From a virus: a stretch of 64,000 nucleotides of DNA. A program made the position numbers and the translations under genes. This document shows positions 31,350 through 39,916 of this stretch, piece after piece. The notes under the pieces are model-generated. The model had not been told where the DNA came from, did not search any database, and saw only the letters and a program-made list of their open reading frames with translations. The DNA is taken from positions 10,199 to 74,198 of the IMG/VR virus record IMGVR_UViG_3300009149_000001. One strand, written 5' to 3'. How positions within the stretch are numbered: position 1 is the first letter of the stretch; the number at the start of each line of letters is the position of its first letter.

Positions 31350-31559
31350 TTACATTGATTTAGGAGACTTTAAAGCAGCGGGGCGGATCTCATAGATCCC
31401 TCTGGATGGTTTAAATATTAACTCATCATATTGGAGCTGATATAAAATAGTTGCAATATGACCAGAAGATCCAAACTTGGTTATTATTTCTTTATATAGT
31501 CTGGGCTTGACTTTGATAAAGTCTAAAAGTTGGGATTTGCGAGAAAGATGAGCGTCCAT
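31350..31559 (-). CDS. Winged-helix protein
   Basis: IL..L....LI.K..RG.Y wing pattern. Confidence 0.55.
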   Translation of the reverse strand: MDAHLSRKSQLLDFIKVKPRLYKEIITKFGSSGHIATILYQLQYDELIFKPSRGIYEIRPAALKSPKSM

Positions 31560-32312
31560 CTAGGCTAAGCCGCCAGGAATGTTATTGAACCTTTCGATAG
31601 CAATACCATTTCTGACTGAATCCTTTACATCTTGTCTACAATGTTTAAGGATGTAGTTAATTGACTTTTGCCATTGGGGGCTGTCTTTAAATCTCACCTT
31701 ATACCAATATTCGAGTTCAACGAATGTTTTATCCGAATGACCTGCAACTATTAGGTTTAGGTTGTTTAAAGTATTACGGTTGGCCTTTAGGGTTGTTTTC
31801 ATCTTTCTCCATGTATCAGAGAATTTAAGTTTACCATAGTCAGGAATGAGCTCTGGTTGATCAGTTAATAAACATCTTGATCTAAAGAAAGGCATATCAA
31901 ATTTAGTTGAATAATGGCCTTCTATCATGTCACAGTCCTTCATGCAGAGAGAGAGATTCTGTAATAGGACTCTATCAAAGTTAAAGTTATTTTTTGCAAC
32001 AGCGGATGAAATGTCTTTTTTAGAAATGTGGTATTCAAAAGATTCTTTTTTATTGGTTACAATATCACGACGTGTAAAGCAAAAGCATATCATGAAATTT
32101 TGATATGGATTAAAGTCTGAGGTTTCAATGTCCCAATAACCAATGTATCTAATACCGCGTTCTAAATATCTGACTTGAATGTCAGTTAATTTCTTTTTAA
32201 ATTTCTTTTCTAATATTCTACGATCTGCTTCAAATTTAAGTACACGTTTCTCATATGCTGATAAAAATAATCCTTCTTTACGTTTTTGTTTTAATTCTGA
32301 TTCCAAAGACAT
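31560..32312 (-). CDS. DnaQ/RNase_H_2-like 3'-5' exonuclease
   Basis: ExoI WDIET, ExoII GHY..KFD, ExoIII HC..DV. Confidence 0.85.
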   Translation of the reverse strand: MSLESELKQKRKEGLFLSAYEKRVLKFEADRRILEKKFKKKLTDIQVRYLERGIRYIGYWDIETSDFNPYQNFMICFCFTRRDIVTNKKESFEYHISKKDISSAVAKNNFNFDRVLLQNLSLCMKDCDMIEGHYSTKFDMPFFRSRCLLTDQPELIPDYGKLKFSDTWRKMKTTLKANRNTLNNLNLIVAGHSDKTFVELEYWYKVRFKDSPQWQKSINYILKHCRQDVKDSVRNGIAIERFNNIPGGLA

Positions 32313-32419
32313 AATTTAATAATTAAATAGTACTATTAGTATTCTATGGATAGTCTAAAAAAAGGTTAAAATCCTTCTGACCATTTTGCAGTAAATGTAG
32401 ACTGTGTTGAGATATTTAA

Positions 32420-35263
32420 CTACTCAGCCCAGAATTCTGTCATATCCATAGTAATAGTATCACCTGCACCATCATCCATGAACACCTCAACTGTGTGTCT
32501 ATCTGATGATAATGCTGAAACATCAATGGTTCCAGTTTTAACTTCAAAGGCAGCACTAGTGGTGGTTAATACTAGAGAATCTGATGCTGAACCATCTAAT
32601 CTAATTCTAATATTTGCAGTTGTACCCACATTACTGGTTTTTATTCTAACTGCAACAGTTAAAGTCTGGGCATCAATTGTTGCTGCATTTTTAATAAAAT
32701 CTATATTCTTAACTTCTGTTGCTGTAGTTCCAACAACTGTAACTGGAGTTGAATCTGCACCTAATAATGCTTTACCACCACCACCATCTTGGAAGGTTGG
32801 TGCTGCTCCTGCACCATTTGAGGTTAACACTTGTGTTGCTGTACCCACAGCTACTGTTGTTGGAGATCCTGCTGCATCCCAAGTGATAAGTTCACCATCT
32901 GTTCCGTTTGCTAACATGGCTACATCTACTGCACCTGCTGCGATTGTAGTAGCATTACCAACTGAAGTTACATCTCCTGTTAAGTTTGCGTTAGTTGTAA
33001 CATTACCTGATGTTAGACCTGCTGCTGTTCCAGTAAGATTAGTTGCTACTCCAGATACTGGTGTACCTAGTGTTGGAGAAGTTAAGGTTAATCCTGCTAT
33101 TGTTGTGTTTGTTGAACCAGATGCAATAGATGTGCTACCTATTGTTGGTGCTAAATATGAAGCTACAACTGCCCATGTATCGTCACCTCTAAGGAATGTA
33201 GTTGCATCTTTAGTTCCTGTTGCTGTAAGTCCTGTAGTTGCTGGTAATCCAGTTGCATTAGTTAAAATACTTCCTGCTGCCACTGTTCCTAATACTGGTG
33301 TTACTAAAGTAGGACTTATTAATGGTGCTTTAAGATTTAATTGTGTTGTAACTATTGCTGGCACATTAGGTAAAACTACAGTTCCAGTGAATGTAGGACT
33401 TGCAAGTGGTGCTTTACTAGCAATAGTACCAACACTTGTTACAGATGCATCATCATAAGCGTTTGTATCTGCATTACTTTCATATTGAGTTTTAATGGTT
33501 GCTGGTGTTAAGTTTGCTTGTGCTATAATCCAATGTGATTCTAATGTTGCTGTATCTTGTTTTGCAATAATTGAATCTCCTACTTCGAGTGGTATTGTAA
33601 AGAATGTACCAGCGACACTTGTTACATAATGATCTCCCTTAGTAATTGCAATAGGAGTTGTATCTAAATCAGGAGAGTTTGTACTTGCATTATAATCACC
33701 TTTTAATGTAATATCACTAGTTAAAGCAGTACCAATTTCAGTATCAACATAGGCCTTTACTGATTGTTGTGTTGGAACTCTTGTATCTAAATCACTTGCC
33801 ATATTATCTTCATCAATAGCAATACCTAATCCTGCTGTAGTTGTATCTGATAACATCAATGCTCCTGCTGCATTTACATTAGTTGCATCTGTTACATCTG
33901 CGAGTGCTTCTATGCCATCTACTTTAGTTTGTAGAGCAGAGCCTGCTAATCCTGCTGGAGTAATTGTTCTAAGGGCATCAGTACCAGTATTAATTTCTGT
34001 TATTGTTGCTAATTCTGCTACACCTGAAACAGTTGAACTTGCTGCTACTTCATCACCTGTATTAGTTCCGCTGGTATTTTGTAAAATAGTTTGTTCAGCA
34101 TCAGTAATTGTATTTGTATTTGCCTCTAATTCTAAAGCGGTTTTAATTTCCGCCCCTGTTTGGTCAGCGGTTGCACTTGCTTCAATAGCATCAAGTTTAG
34201 CAGACCTTGCAGACCCCTCAATATCTGCACAAGTTACCGCCCTTGTTGTATCTGTACCCGTATCAAGTTCAGCAATGGTTGCAAGTTCTACAACGCCCTC
34301 AACGGTTGCACTTGCTGAGACTTCATCACCTGTGTTAGTTCCTGATTGATTTCCTAATGTAGTTACATTAGCATCAGTAAATGCATTTGTATCTGCATTT
34401 AATTCATATGCTGTCTTTATTTCGGCATTACTTTGATCTGCTGTAGCAGAAGCTTCAATACCATCTAATTTAATTTTATCTAATTTTGGCATTAACCCAT
34501 GAAGTAAGGTAGTTGCATCTCTAGTAGTGATATCTGTTGCTGCAGCCATTGAATCTATTGTATTAGTTTTTACTTGAGTATCAAAGTTTGAAACAGTTGA
34601 GGCTAATTGAGTACCTGTATGATTGACTCTAGCTAATGGATCTGTTGCAAGTTTACTTAAATCAATAGCTGCACCAGCTTTAATATCAGCATTTTCAATA
34701 TTTGTTATACTATTACCTGTGCCATCTGCATTAATTGTCTTATTTGTTAAAGTATGAACAGATGTATCAGTTAATACATTAGCACCAATATCTAAAGAAT
34801 CAGCATTAGCAACAATGTTACCTGTAGTACCAATAGCATTAATAGTATTAGCTGTTTTGGTTAAACCAGTACCAGCTGTTATCTGACCAGTACCTGTAAA
34901 TTGTGTAAATGTTAAAGATGTGGTATCAAGTGTAATAGGATCATTAGTTGTAATAACAAAACCTTGATCTGCATTTACAGTTCCTTCTTCAATCCATAAA
35001 TACATTGATGATGTTAATTTTTCATTATTATTTGCATCTTCTGATCTTGACCATGCCCCAGAGGAAGTGACATAAATACCATTATCTTCACCTGAAGATT
35101 GGTCTTTAACTAGTACTCTGGATTTACTTGTAAGAACACCATCAATGGTTTGTTCACCATATAATGTTAAATTACCAGTACTTGCGACTTTAACGGAATC
35201 TTTAACATCAAAAACTGTTGGGATTTTAACTTGATCTAAAGTCCGCTTGTCTAAATCAGCCAT
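32420..35263 (-). CDS. Long mosaic fibre protein (head or tail fibre)
   Basis: N-terminal V..A.T.N..L.G.QTIDG...RVLVKDQ...NGIY domain; ~90-aa internal repeats (KLD.IEASATADQ..AEIKTA...SGTNTGDE...VELAT..E..TGTD); KAPLASPTFTG. Confidence 0.8.
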   Translation of the reverse strand: MADLDKRTLDQVKIPTVFDVKDSVKVASTGNLTLYGEQTIDGVLTSKSRVLVKDQSSGEDNGIYVTSSGAWSRSEDANNNEKLTSSMYLWIEEGTVNADQGFVITTNDPITLDTTSLTFTQFTGTGQITAGTGLTKTANTINAIGTTGNIVANADSLDIGANVLTDTSVHTLTNKTINADGTGNSITNIENADIKAGAAIDLSKLATDPLARVNHTGTQLASTVSNFDTQVKTNTIDSMAAATDITTRDATTLLHGLMPKLDKIKLDGIEASATADQSNAEIKTAYELNADTNAFTDANVTTLGNQSGTNTGDEVSASATVEGVVELATIAELDTGTDTTRAVTCADIEGSARSAKLDAIEASATADQTGAEIKTALELEANTNTITDAEQTILQNTSGTNTGDEVAASSTVSGVAELATITEINTGTDALRTITPAGLAGSALQTKVDGIEALADVTDATNVNAAGALMLSDTTTAGLGIAIDEDNMASDLDTRVPTQQSVKAYVDTEIGTALTSDITLKGDYNASTNSPDLDTTPIAITKGDHYVTSVAGTFFTIPLEVGDSIIAKQDTATLESHWIIAQANLTPATIKTQYESNADTNAYDDASVTSVGTIASKAPLASPTFTGTVVLPNVPAIVTTQLNLKAPLISPTLVTPVLGTVAAGSILTNATGLPATTGLTATGTKDATTFLRGDDTWAVVASYLAPTIGSTSIASGSTNTTIAGLTLTSPTLGTPVSGVATNLTGTAAGLTSGNVTTNANLTGDVTSVGNATTIAAGAVDVAMLANGTDGELITWDAAGSPTTVAVGTATQVLTSNGAGAAPTFQDGGGGKALLGADSTPVTVVGTTATEVKNIDFIKNAATIDAQTLTVAVRIKTSNVGTTANIRIRLDGSASDSLVLTTTSAAFEVKTGTIDVSALSSDRHTVEVFMDDGAGDTITMDMTEFWAE

Positions 35264-35265
35264 GA

Positions 35266-35649
35266 TTAAGATTGGCCCTTATGCCAGATATTTACATTAG
35301 TGGTTAATGAAGTATGTTTAATTTGAACTATAACTCTTGAATAAGGATTTGATAATGTTTCCACAGCTGGGGCTGTGCCAGTTGCAACACTAGTTGAAGA
35401 TTTTAATACAACCCAGCCTTTATCATCATCATTGGTACCTGTAGGATCTACTATATTAGCATATACCCCTAGATTACCTAAAATCTGATAATCTAAATCC
35501 CCGCCTGTTTTATTATGAATTATAAAAGTAGAATCTCTAATTGAACTAGTTGATACATCTAAAGCTGTTACAAATGAAGAAGTAGTTGCTTTATCTAAAA
35601 TTTGGTCATGTTGAATGGTTACCCCATTCCCTAGTAATACTGACGTCAC
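35266..35649 (-). CDS. Small beta-sandwich virion protein
   Basis: First gene of the late block; Thr/Ser/Val-rich. Confidence 0.5.
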   Translation of the reverse strand: MTSVLLGNGVTIQHDQILDKATTSSFVTALDVSTSSIRDSTFIIHNKTGGDLDYQILGNLGVYANIVDPTGTNDDDKGWVVLKSSTSVATGTAPAVETLSNPYSRVIVQIKHTSLTTNVNIWHKGQS

Positions 35650-35685
35650 GTTTTATAATAATATTTGTTCATTAAGTAGGTTCTT

Positions 35686-36000
35686 GGCCACGACAGGGCT
35701 GGATTTAAGGCGTTGTCTATCTAAATAGCTCGGATGTTGTGAGTTCAGCGTTTCAGGGAGTTTTTCTATTTCTAGACCGAGAGTCACCTGAATCATCATC
35801 TCCAGCATAGAAATGCATTCCTATACCTTTACTATCAGGGCCGAGCCCGGTTCTTTCTCAATATCGAGGGATAATTCACGTTCACAGGTAATCACTCCCA
35901 TTACTAAACTTCTCGCCTCTGTCAGGATTTATAGGATGGCAACCCTATGAGTGTTTATGACTGATTAATTTCAACCTGATTTACTCAGATAATAGTAACT
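35686..36000 (-). ncRNA. Candidate structured ncRNA
   Basis: No ORF; hairpin ATAGG/CCTAT near 35931-35948; C-box (35793-35799) and CUGA (35753-35756) on the minus strand. Confidence 0.35.
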
Positions 36001-36060
36001 AATTAATATGCGATATAGTAGCGGGATCCTATAGAAGGACGTTAGTCTTTATATGTATGG

Positions 36061-36150
36061 GTGAGTTGATGAAACCGACTTCCACACATGCTATCTCTCT
36101 AAGTACAGGTTTTGCCTGTAAGCATTCGGCTACGGGAGTTATCAACTTCA
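36061..36150 (-). ncRNA. Candidate ~90-nt nested-stem ncRNA
   Basis: GUGA(A)GUUGAU/AUCAACUCAC closing stem enclosing AGCCGA/UCGGUU, AUGCU/AGCAU and UACAGG/CCUGUA; TATA-like element at 36181-36189. Confidence 0.55.
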
Positions 36151-36438
36151 CAACACCAAATCTAGAGGAACAACGTAACGTATAATATACTAGTAATTAA
36201 TTCAATGAATAGCTTATGGCCATTAACCATACTTCTATGGCTTTTCACCATATGGACCCTTGAGACCCTTAAATATTGAGAAAAATCGTATACAAATGTG
36301 TGCCCTCAGCGACCTACGTTCCCTACTATGGTGAGGGGGATCGAGGGCAAACCGGGGTATATAAACTTTTATTTTTAATAAGGTAATACCTTATTCTTTT
36401 AAGATTAAAATAAAAAAATAAAAAAAGATTATATTACC

Positions 36439-36708
36439 TTATTCTTTTAAGGTAAAATAATATTGTTTAGGTGAACCTACCCGAACTATAATATTTTGTT
36501 TTCTAAGTTCTGTTAACACATGGTTAATGTGTTGGGTACGTTTACCTAACTTCTCTGAAAAGTTTCTTTGTGTAAAACTTGTATTAGGGTATTCTTTGAA
36601 TACCTTAATCATAGTTTCTTTTAAACTATTTTCAGTAGTTCTAACGACCTGGTTTTCTAAATCTTTAAACTTAGAAACTAGGTCGTTGTCTTTTTGAACA
36701 TTTGTCAT
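36439..36708 (-). CDS. Winged-helix protein, paralog A (Ala-free, GpC-free gene)
   Basis: Close paralog of 39396..39674 (shared KVFKEYP.TSFTQ.NF..KL.KRTQHINHVLT.LRK.N). Confidence 0.85.
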   Translation of the reverse strand: MTNVQKDNDLVSKFKDLENQVVRTTENSLKETMIKVFKEYPNTSFTQRNFSEKLGKRTQHINHVLTELRKQNIIVRVGSPKQYYFTLKE

Positions 36709-37048
36709 TAACTATAGTAAGTAATAAGGGTAATATAAACCGGTGTATTAACCCAACCTTCTTATAGTAAGTCGCGCGGCACCCATTATCTTTTCCTAAT
36801 ATAAATGTTTCATCCATGTAGCCCCTCGCGCGTAGACACCCCCCTCAATACGACGGTCTATATAGCCCGGGGGGGTATAGAAGGTGAGGGTCTAGAGTCC
36901 CCTCCCACGGGTGCTTCTTTTTTGTCCCGGGTTTGGTTTCGGCTCCGATACTTTATCTAACCCGCGGTTCTATATGAATGGTAGTAACGGGAGCTTCGAG
37001 ACCCGGTCCAATACTACGGTATATATTAGGGAAGAGATTAGAGTAAGT

Positions 37049-37150
37049 ATGGAAGAGAAAGTTCAACTCACCGCAATGGAACAGTTCTTTGTGGGTGAGA
37101 TAATCGACATCGCGGTATTCGCGGAAGTTCAAATCGCCGAGGGCGATTAA
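37049..37150 (+). CDS. 33-aa acidic early peptide
   Basis: Own class-1 promoter and oligo-T terminator. Confidence 0.7.
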   Translation: MEEKVQLTAMEQFFVGEIIDIAVFAEVQIAEGD

Positions 37151-37217
37151 CTTTTTTTTTTTCTCTAAGTCCCCATGCAATACGACCATTCATATAACGA
37201 AACAGATAAGATAGATT

Positions 37218-37376
37218 ATGAAATATCTCAACGATGTAGTAGCTTTTTATGAAGAGCTATTAAAAGATGTAGAAAAAGAAAAACTAGTAAGAGCAGTAGT
37301 AATAGAAATGATAAATGATATTACTATTGAGAATGTTAGTTTTAAAAACTTAAGAAAAGATTTATTTAAAGAATAA
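37218..37376 (+). CDS. 52-aa early protein (gene lacks GG and CC)
   Basis: MKYLNDVVAFYEELLKDVEKEKLVRAVVIEMINDITIENVSFKNLRKDLFKE; own promoter and terminator. Confidence 0.7.
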   Translation: MKYLNDVVAFYEELLKDVEKEKLVRAVVIEMINDITIENVSFKNLRKDLFKE

Positions 37377-37780
37377 ATTTTTTTTTTATTTTTTTTAGGT
37401 GTTTGTCGGGTGAAAAACTTTTGCCTCTGATTCTAATATCTACTTTCCCTTATATGAATGTTTAATCGGGTGAGGCCTTCGAAGACATGTCTTGTCCCCT
37501 CGCGGCGGGTGACTTGGACTTTTGTGAGTTGAGTGTGAGAAGGGGTGAGTGGAAGGTGACTCCACTCGTTTTCACCTTTTCCCCTTTTCGTGGTGAGGCG
37601 GCTGCTCGGGGTGAGAATCTGTGTCTCACCACGGTCCTAGGACACTTCCGTGTCGTCGCACTCCGTTCCTCATTAGGATCTATTATCTAATCACCGTACC
37701 GTTATATGAATGGTAGTATTGGAGTTGAGTCCGGGGCCTCCTTTCCTACCAGTTATATTAGGGAAGAGATAAGTGATAAT

Positions 37781-37915
37781 ATGACACAACGAATAAGTCA
37801 AAGTCGATATGAAGTAATAATCTTCGGAAAAGTCGATGAAACGTATAATGAAAAATATTATACGATAGGTGGAGTAAAGAATAGAATTCGAGAATTAGAA
37901 AAACTCGATTTCTAA
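37781..37915 (+). CDS. 44-aa early protein (GpC-free gene)
   Basis: Own promoter and terminator. Confidence 0.7.
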   Translation: MTQRISQSRYEVIIFGKVDETYNEKYYTIGGVKNRIRELEKLDF

Positions 37916-38054
37916 TTTTTTTTTAATTTTGTGAGGTGAGTTCGTTTAGCCACTGATTCTAATATGTACGAAGGATAATATATATGTTTCATCTGAGTCG
38001 GGGGCCGGAACTCCAATACTACCAGTTATATTAGGGTAGTGTGTAGTATAAGGT

Positions 38055-38231
38055 ATGAGAGAAAGATATGAGTTGAGTAGAGAACTCCTTCACACCCTTC
38101 AGGGTGTTTGGGATGAAGAGGGTGAGAGTTTCTCCTTCGTTCTCTTCGTACTCTCTCAACTCCAGAAGGAGGATAAGTTAAGTCTCCGACACGACGAAGA
38201 GAAGAACGAGTGGATCGTAAAGATTCCTTAA
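38055..38231 (+). CDS. 58-aa early protein (GpC-free gene)
   Basis: MRERYELSRELLHTLQGVWDEEGESFSFVLFVLSQLQKEDKLSLRHDEEKNEWIVKIP; own promoter and terminator. Confidence 0.7.
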   Translation: MRERYELSRELLHTLQGVWDEEGESFSFVLFVLSQLQKEDKLSLRHDEEKNEWIVKIP

Positions 38232-38361
38232 CCTTTTTTTTTAATTTATCGGGTTGAGTTTTTTCGACTCTGATAGATAAGAAGATGAAAGGGTAATATA
38301 AATGTTTCATCAGGGGAGCCCCCAGCCTACGGTTTATATAACCCAGGCGGTTAGTGTAAGT

Positions 38362-38553
38362 ATGAGAGATGAAAGCCTCCTATGGCAACTCAAGAAGCGA
38401 AACGCAGCAAAGACACATTGTCTCCGCGGCCACGAGTTGCCAACACATCGCGATAGCCACGGCCGTCGCTTTTGTAAGAAGTGCGATTGTATCCGCGCCA
38501 AGCGAGCAAACGCAATCGTTCAAGCCAACAAGCACAAGTTGTGGTTTGAATAG
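38362..38553 (+). CDS. Stand-alone KTHCxxGH...CxxC zinc finger
   Basis: KTHCLRGHE...GRRFCKKC motif, known from C-termini of phage HNH proteins; own promoter and terminator. Confidence 0.7.
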   Translation: MRDESLLWQLKKRNAAKTHCLRGHELPTHRDSHGRRFCKKCDCIRAKRANAIVQANKHKLWFE

Positions 38554-38616
38554 TTTTTTTTTTTACCTAAGTCAGCAATTACTACCATTCATATAGAGCT
38601 AATGTGTATGTATATT

Positions 38617-38763
38617 ATGACACAAATAACAGATGGAGAAGATCTTTTGTTCCTCGCAAAACTCGCACAGCGAGATGGCTGGAGCAAAACAAAATTCGCA
38701 ACTTTCGCAGGCATCCACCCGACGGCCGCTGGATACCTCTATGACACGGAGGCTATCGCATGA
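38617..38763 (+). CDS. 48-aa HTH-like early protein
   Basis: GWSKTKFATFAGIHPTAA; follows a class-1 promoter. Confidence 0.55.
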   Translation: MTQITDGEDLLFLAKLAQRDGWSKTKFATFAGIHPTAAGYLYDTEAIA

Positions 38764-39050
38764 GCGATGCGTGTGTCTTCGGAAAGTGTCGGAGGTGCGG
38801 ACAAGTGAAGTGCTCCCACGCGGACAAGACCATGGAGGGTGACCTATGACGTGGTATCATTGGCAAGGCAAGTGGTATTCAAAGTCCACACTGGACGTGA
38901 ATGGACTTAGCACGTTTGGGTTGTCGAGGTCACGAGTGTGATACTTGGTGGTTGGCTGCTCCTGGCACTCGTGGTTGGGGTTGCCGCCTGGATGGCGATG
39001 TGAACGGGTCCAATACTACCACTTATATTAGGGAAGGTGATAGTGATAGT

Positions 39051-39194
39051 ATGGTGAGAGCAACAATCACATTCACACTCGAGTATCCCAATGACGCACC
39101 TATGTCAATTCTCGAAAGTGAAGCAGATGAAATGCAACAAGCACTCCAAGACGAGTACGAGGTTGAGGTAGACACTGAAGTCTGCTTCAACTAA
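39051..39194 (+). CDS. 47-aa strongly acidic early protein
   Basis: 13 D/E against 1 R; own promoter and terminator. Confidence 0.7.
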   Translation: MVRATITFTLEYPNDAPMSILESEADEMQQALQDEYEVEVDTEVCFN

Positions 39195-39395
39195 TTTTTT
39201 TCTATAGGCAAGCGCAACATTCATATTAGCCTTTCACCTTCTTATCTAGTTGAGTTAAATTTTTTTAAAAAAAAAAAATTCATAAAATCCTATAAGTCCC
39301 CACTGGGCTTTCCCCGCGGAAAGGGCGGTGAGTCTAGTATATAAGGGGCGCCGCAATCCTACCAGTTATATAACGGAAGCGATATATTATATTTA

Positions 39396-39674
39396 ATGAC
39401 AAATCAAAAAGCAAGCAGCGACGAAAAAATCTTAGAATCTTTTAAAGATTTAAAAGATCAAGTAGTCGCTCCTAATGCAAATAGCTTAAGCGAAGTTATT
39501 ATGAAGGTATTCAAAGAATATCCTACTACTAGCTTCACTCAAGGAAATTTTGCAGCTAAGCTTTCTAAGAGAACGCAACATATAAATCATGTGTTAACAG
39601 ATCTTAGAAAGAAGAACCTTATTATAAGGGAAGGTTCTGCAAAACAATATTATTTCAGATTAAATTCTGAATAA
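39396..39674 (+). CDS. Winged-helix protein, paralog B
   Basis: Inverted paralog of 36439..36708. Confidence 0.85.
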   Translation: MTNQKASSDEKILESFKDLKDQVVAPNANSLSEVIMKVFKEYPTTSFTQGNFAAKLSKRTQHINHVLTDLRKKNLIIREGSAKQYYFRLNSE

Positions 39675-39916
39675 TTTTTTTTTATTTTTTTTAAAGTCTC
39701 AATCCGACCATTTATATTAGCCTTTGTGATAATAAGAGTGGCGTTTAGAAGTTTGTTCCGCGTTTCCCCCCGCATAGTAGTGGGTAATACCTTTATTCCT
39801 TACTTTAATTAATTTTAATTGATAAAATCCTATAAGTCCGCCCCCGCCCGTCGCGTAGGACTTGGCGGAATGCCCGCATACGCGCTGCCCGCCGTGCCCG
39901 TGCTGCCCTTGCCCTT

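Larger units (their letters stand above)
36797..39230. promoter_or_regulatory. Class-2 repeated promoter GATGAAACAT-TTATATTA, 5 copies
   Basis: Minus copies at 36797-36814, 37450-37467, 37976-37993, 38294-38311; a plus copy at ~39216-39230. None is followed by an ORF. Confidence 0.75.
36728..39722. promoter_or_regulatory. Class-1 repeated promoter CAATAC(T/G)AC(C/G)RN-TYATATWA, 13 copies
   Basis: Plus copies at 36846, 37009, 37178, 37745, 38014, 38326, 38576, 39011, 39354, 39700. Minus copies at 36728-36750, ~36969-36988, 37700-37721. Nine are followed by an ATG about 20-23 nt after the TATA box (leaderless spacing). Confidence 0.85.

Noticed and set aside
36911-39194. Long ORF-track starts at 36911, 37706, 38302 and 38901
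   Set aside because: They read through the promoter motifs; leaderless ATGs at 37049, 37781, 38362 and 39051 fit the conserved TATA spacing.
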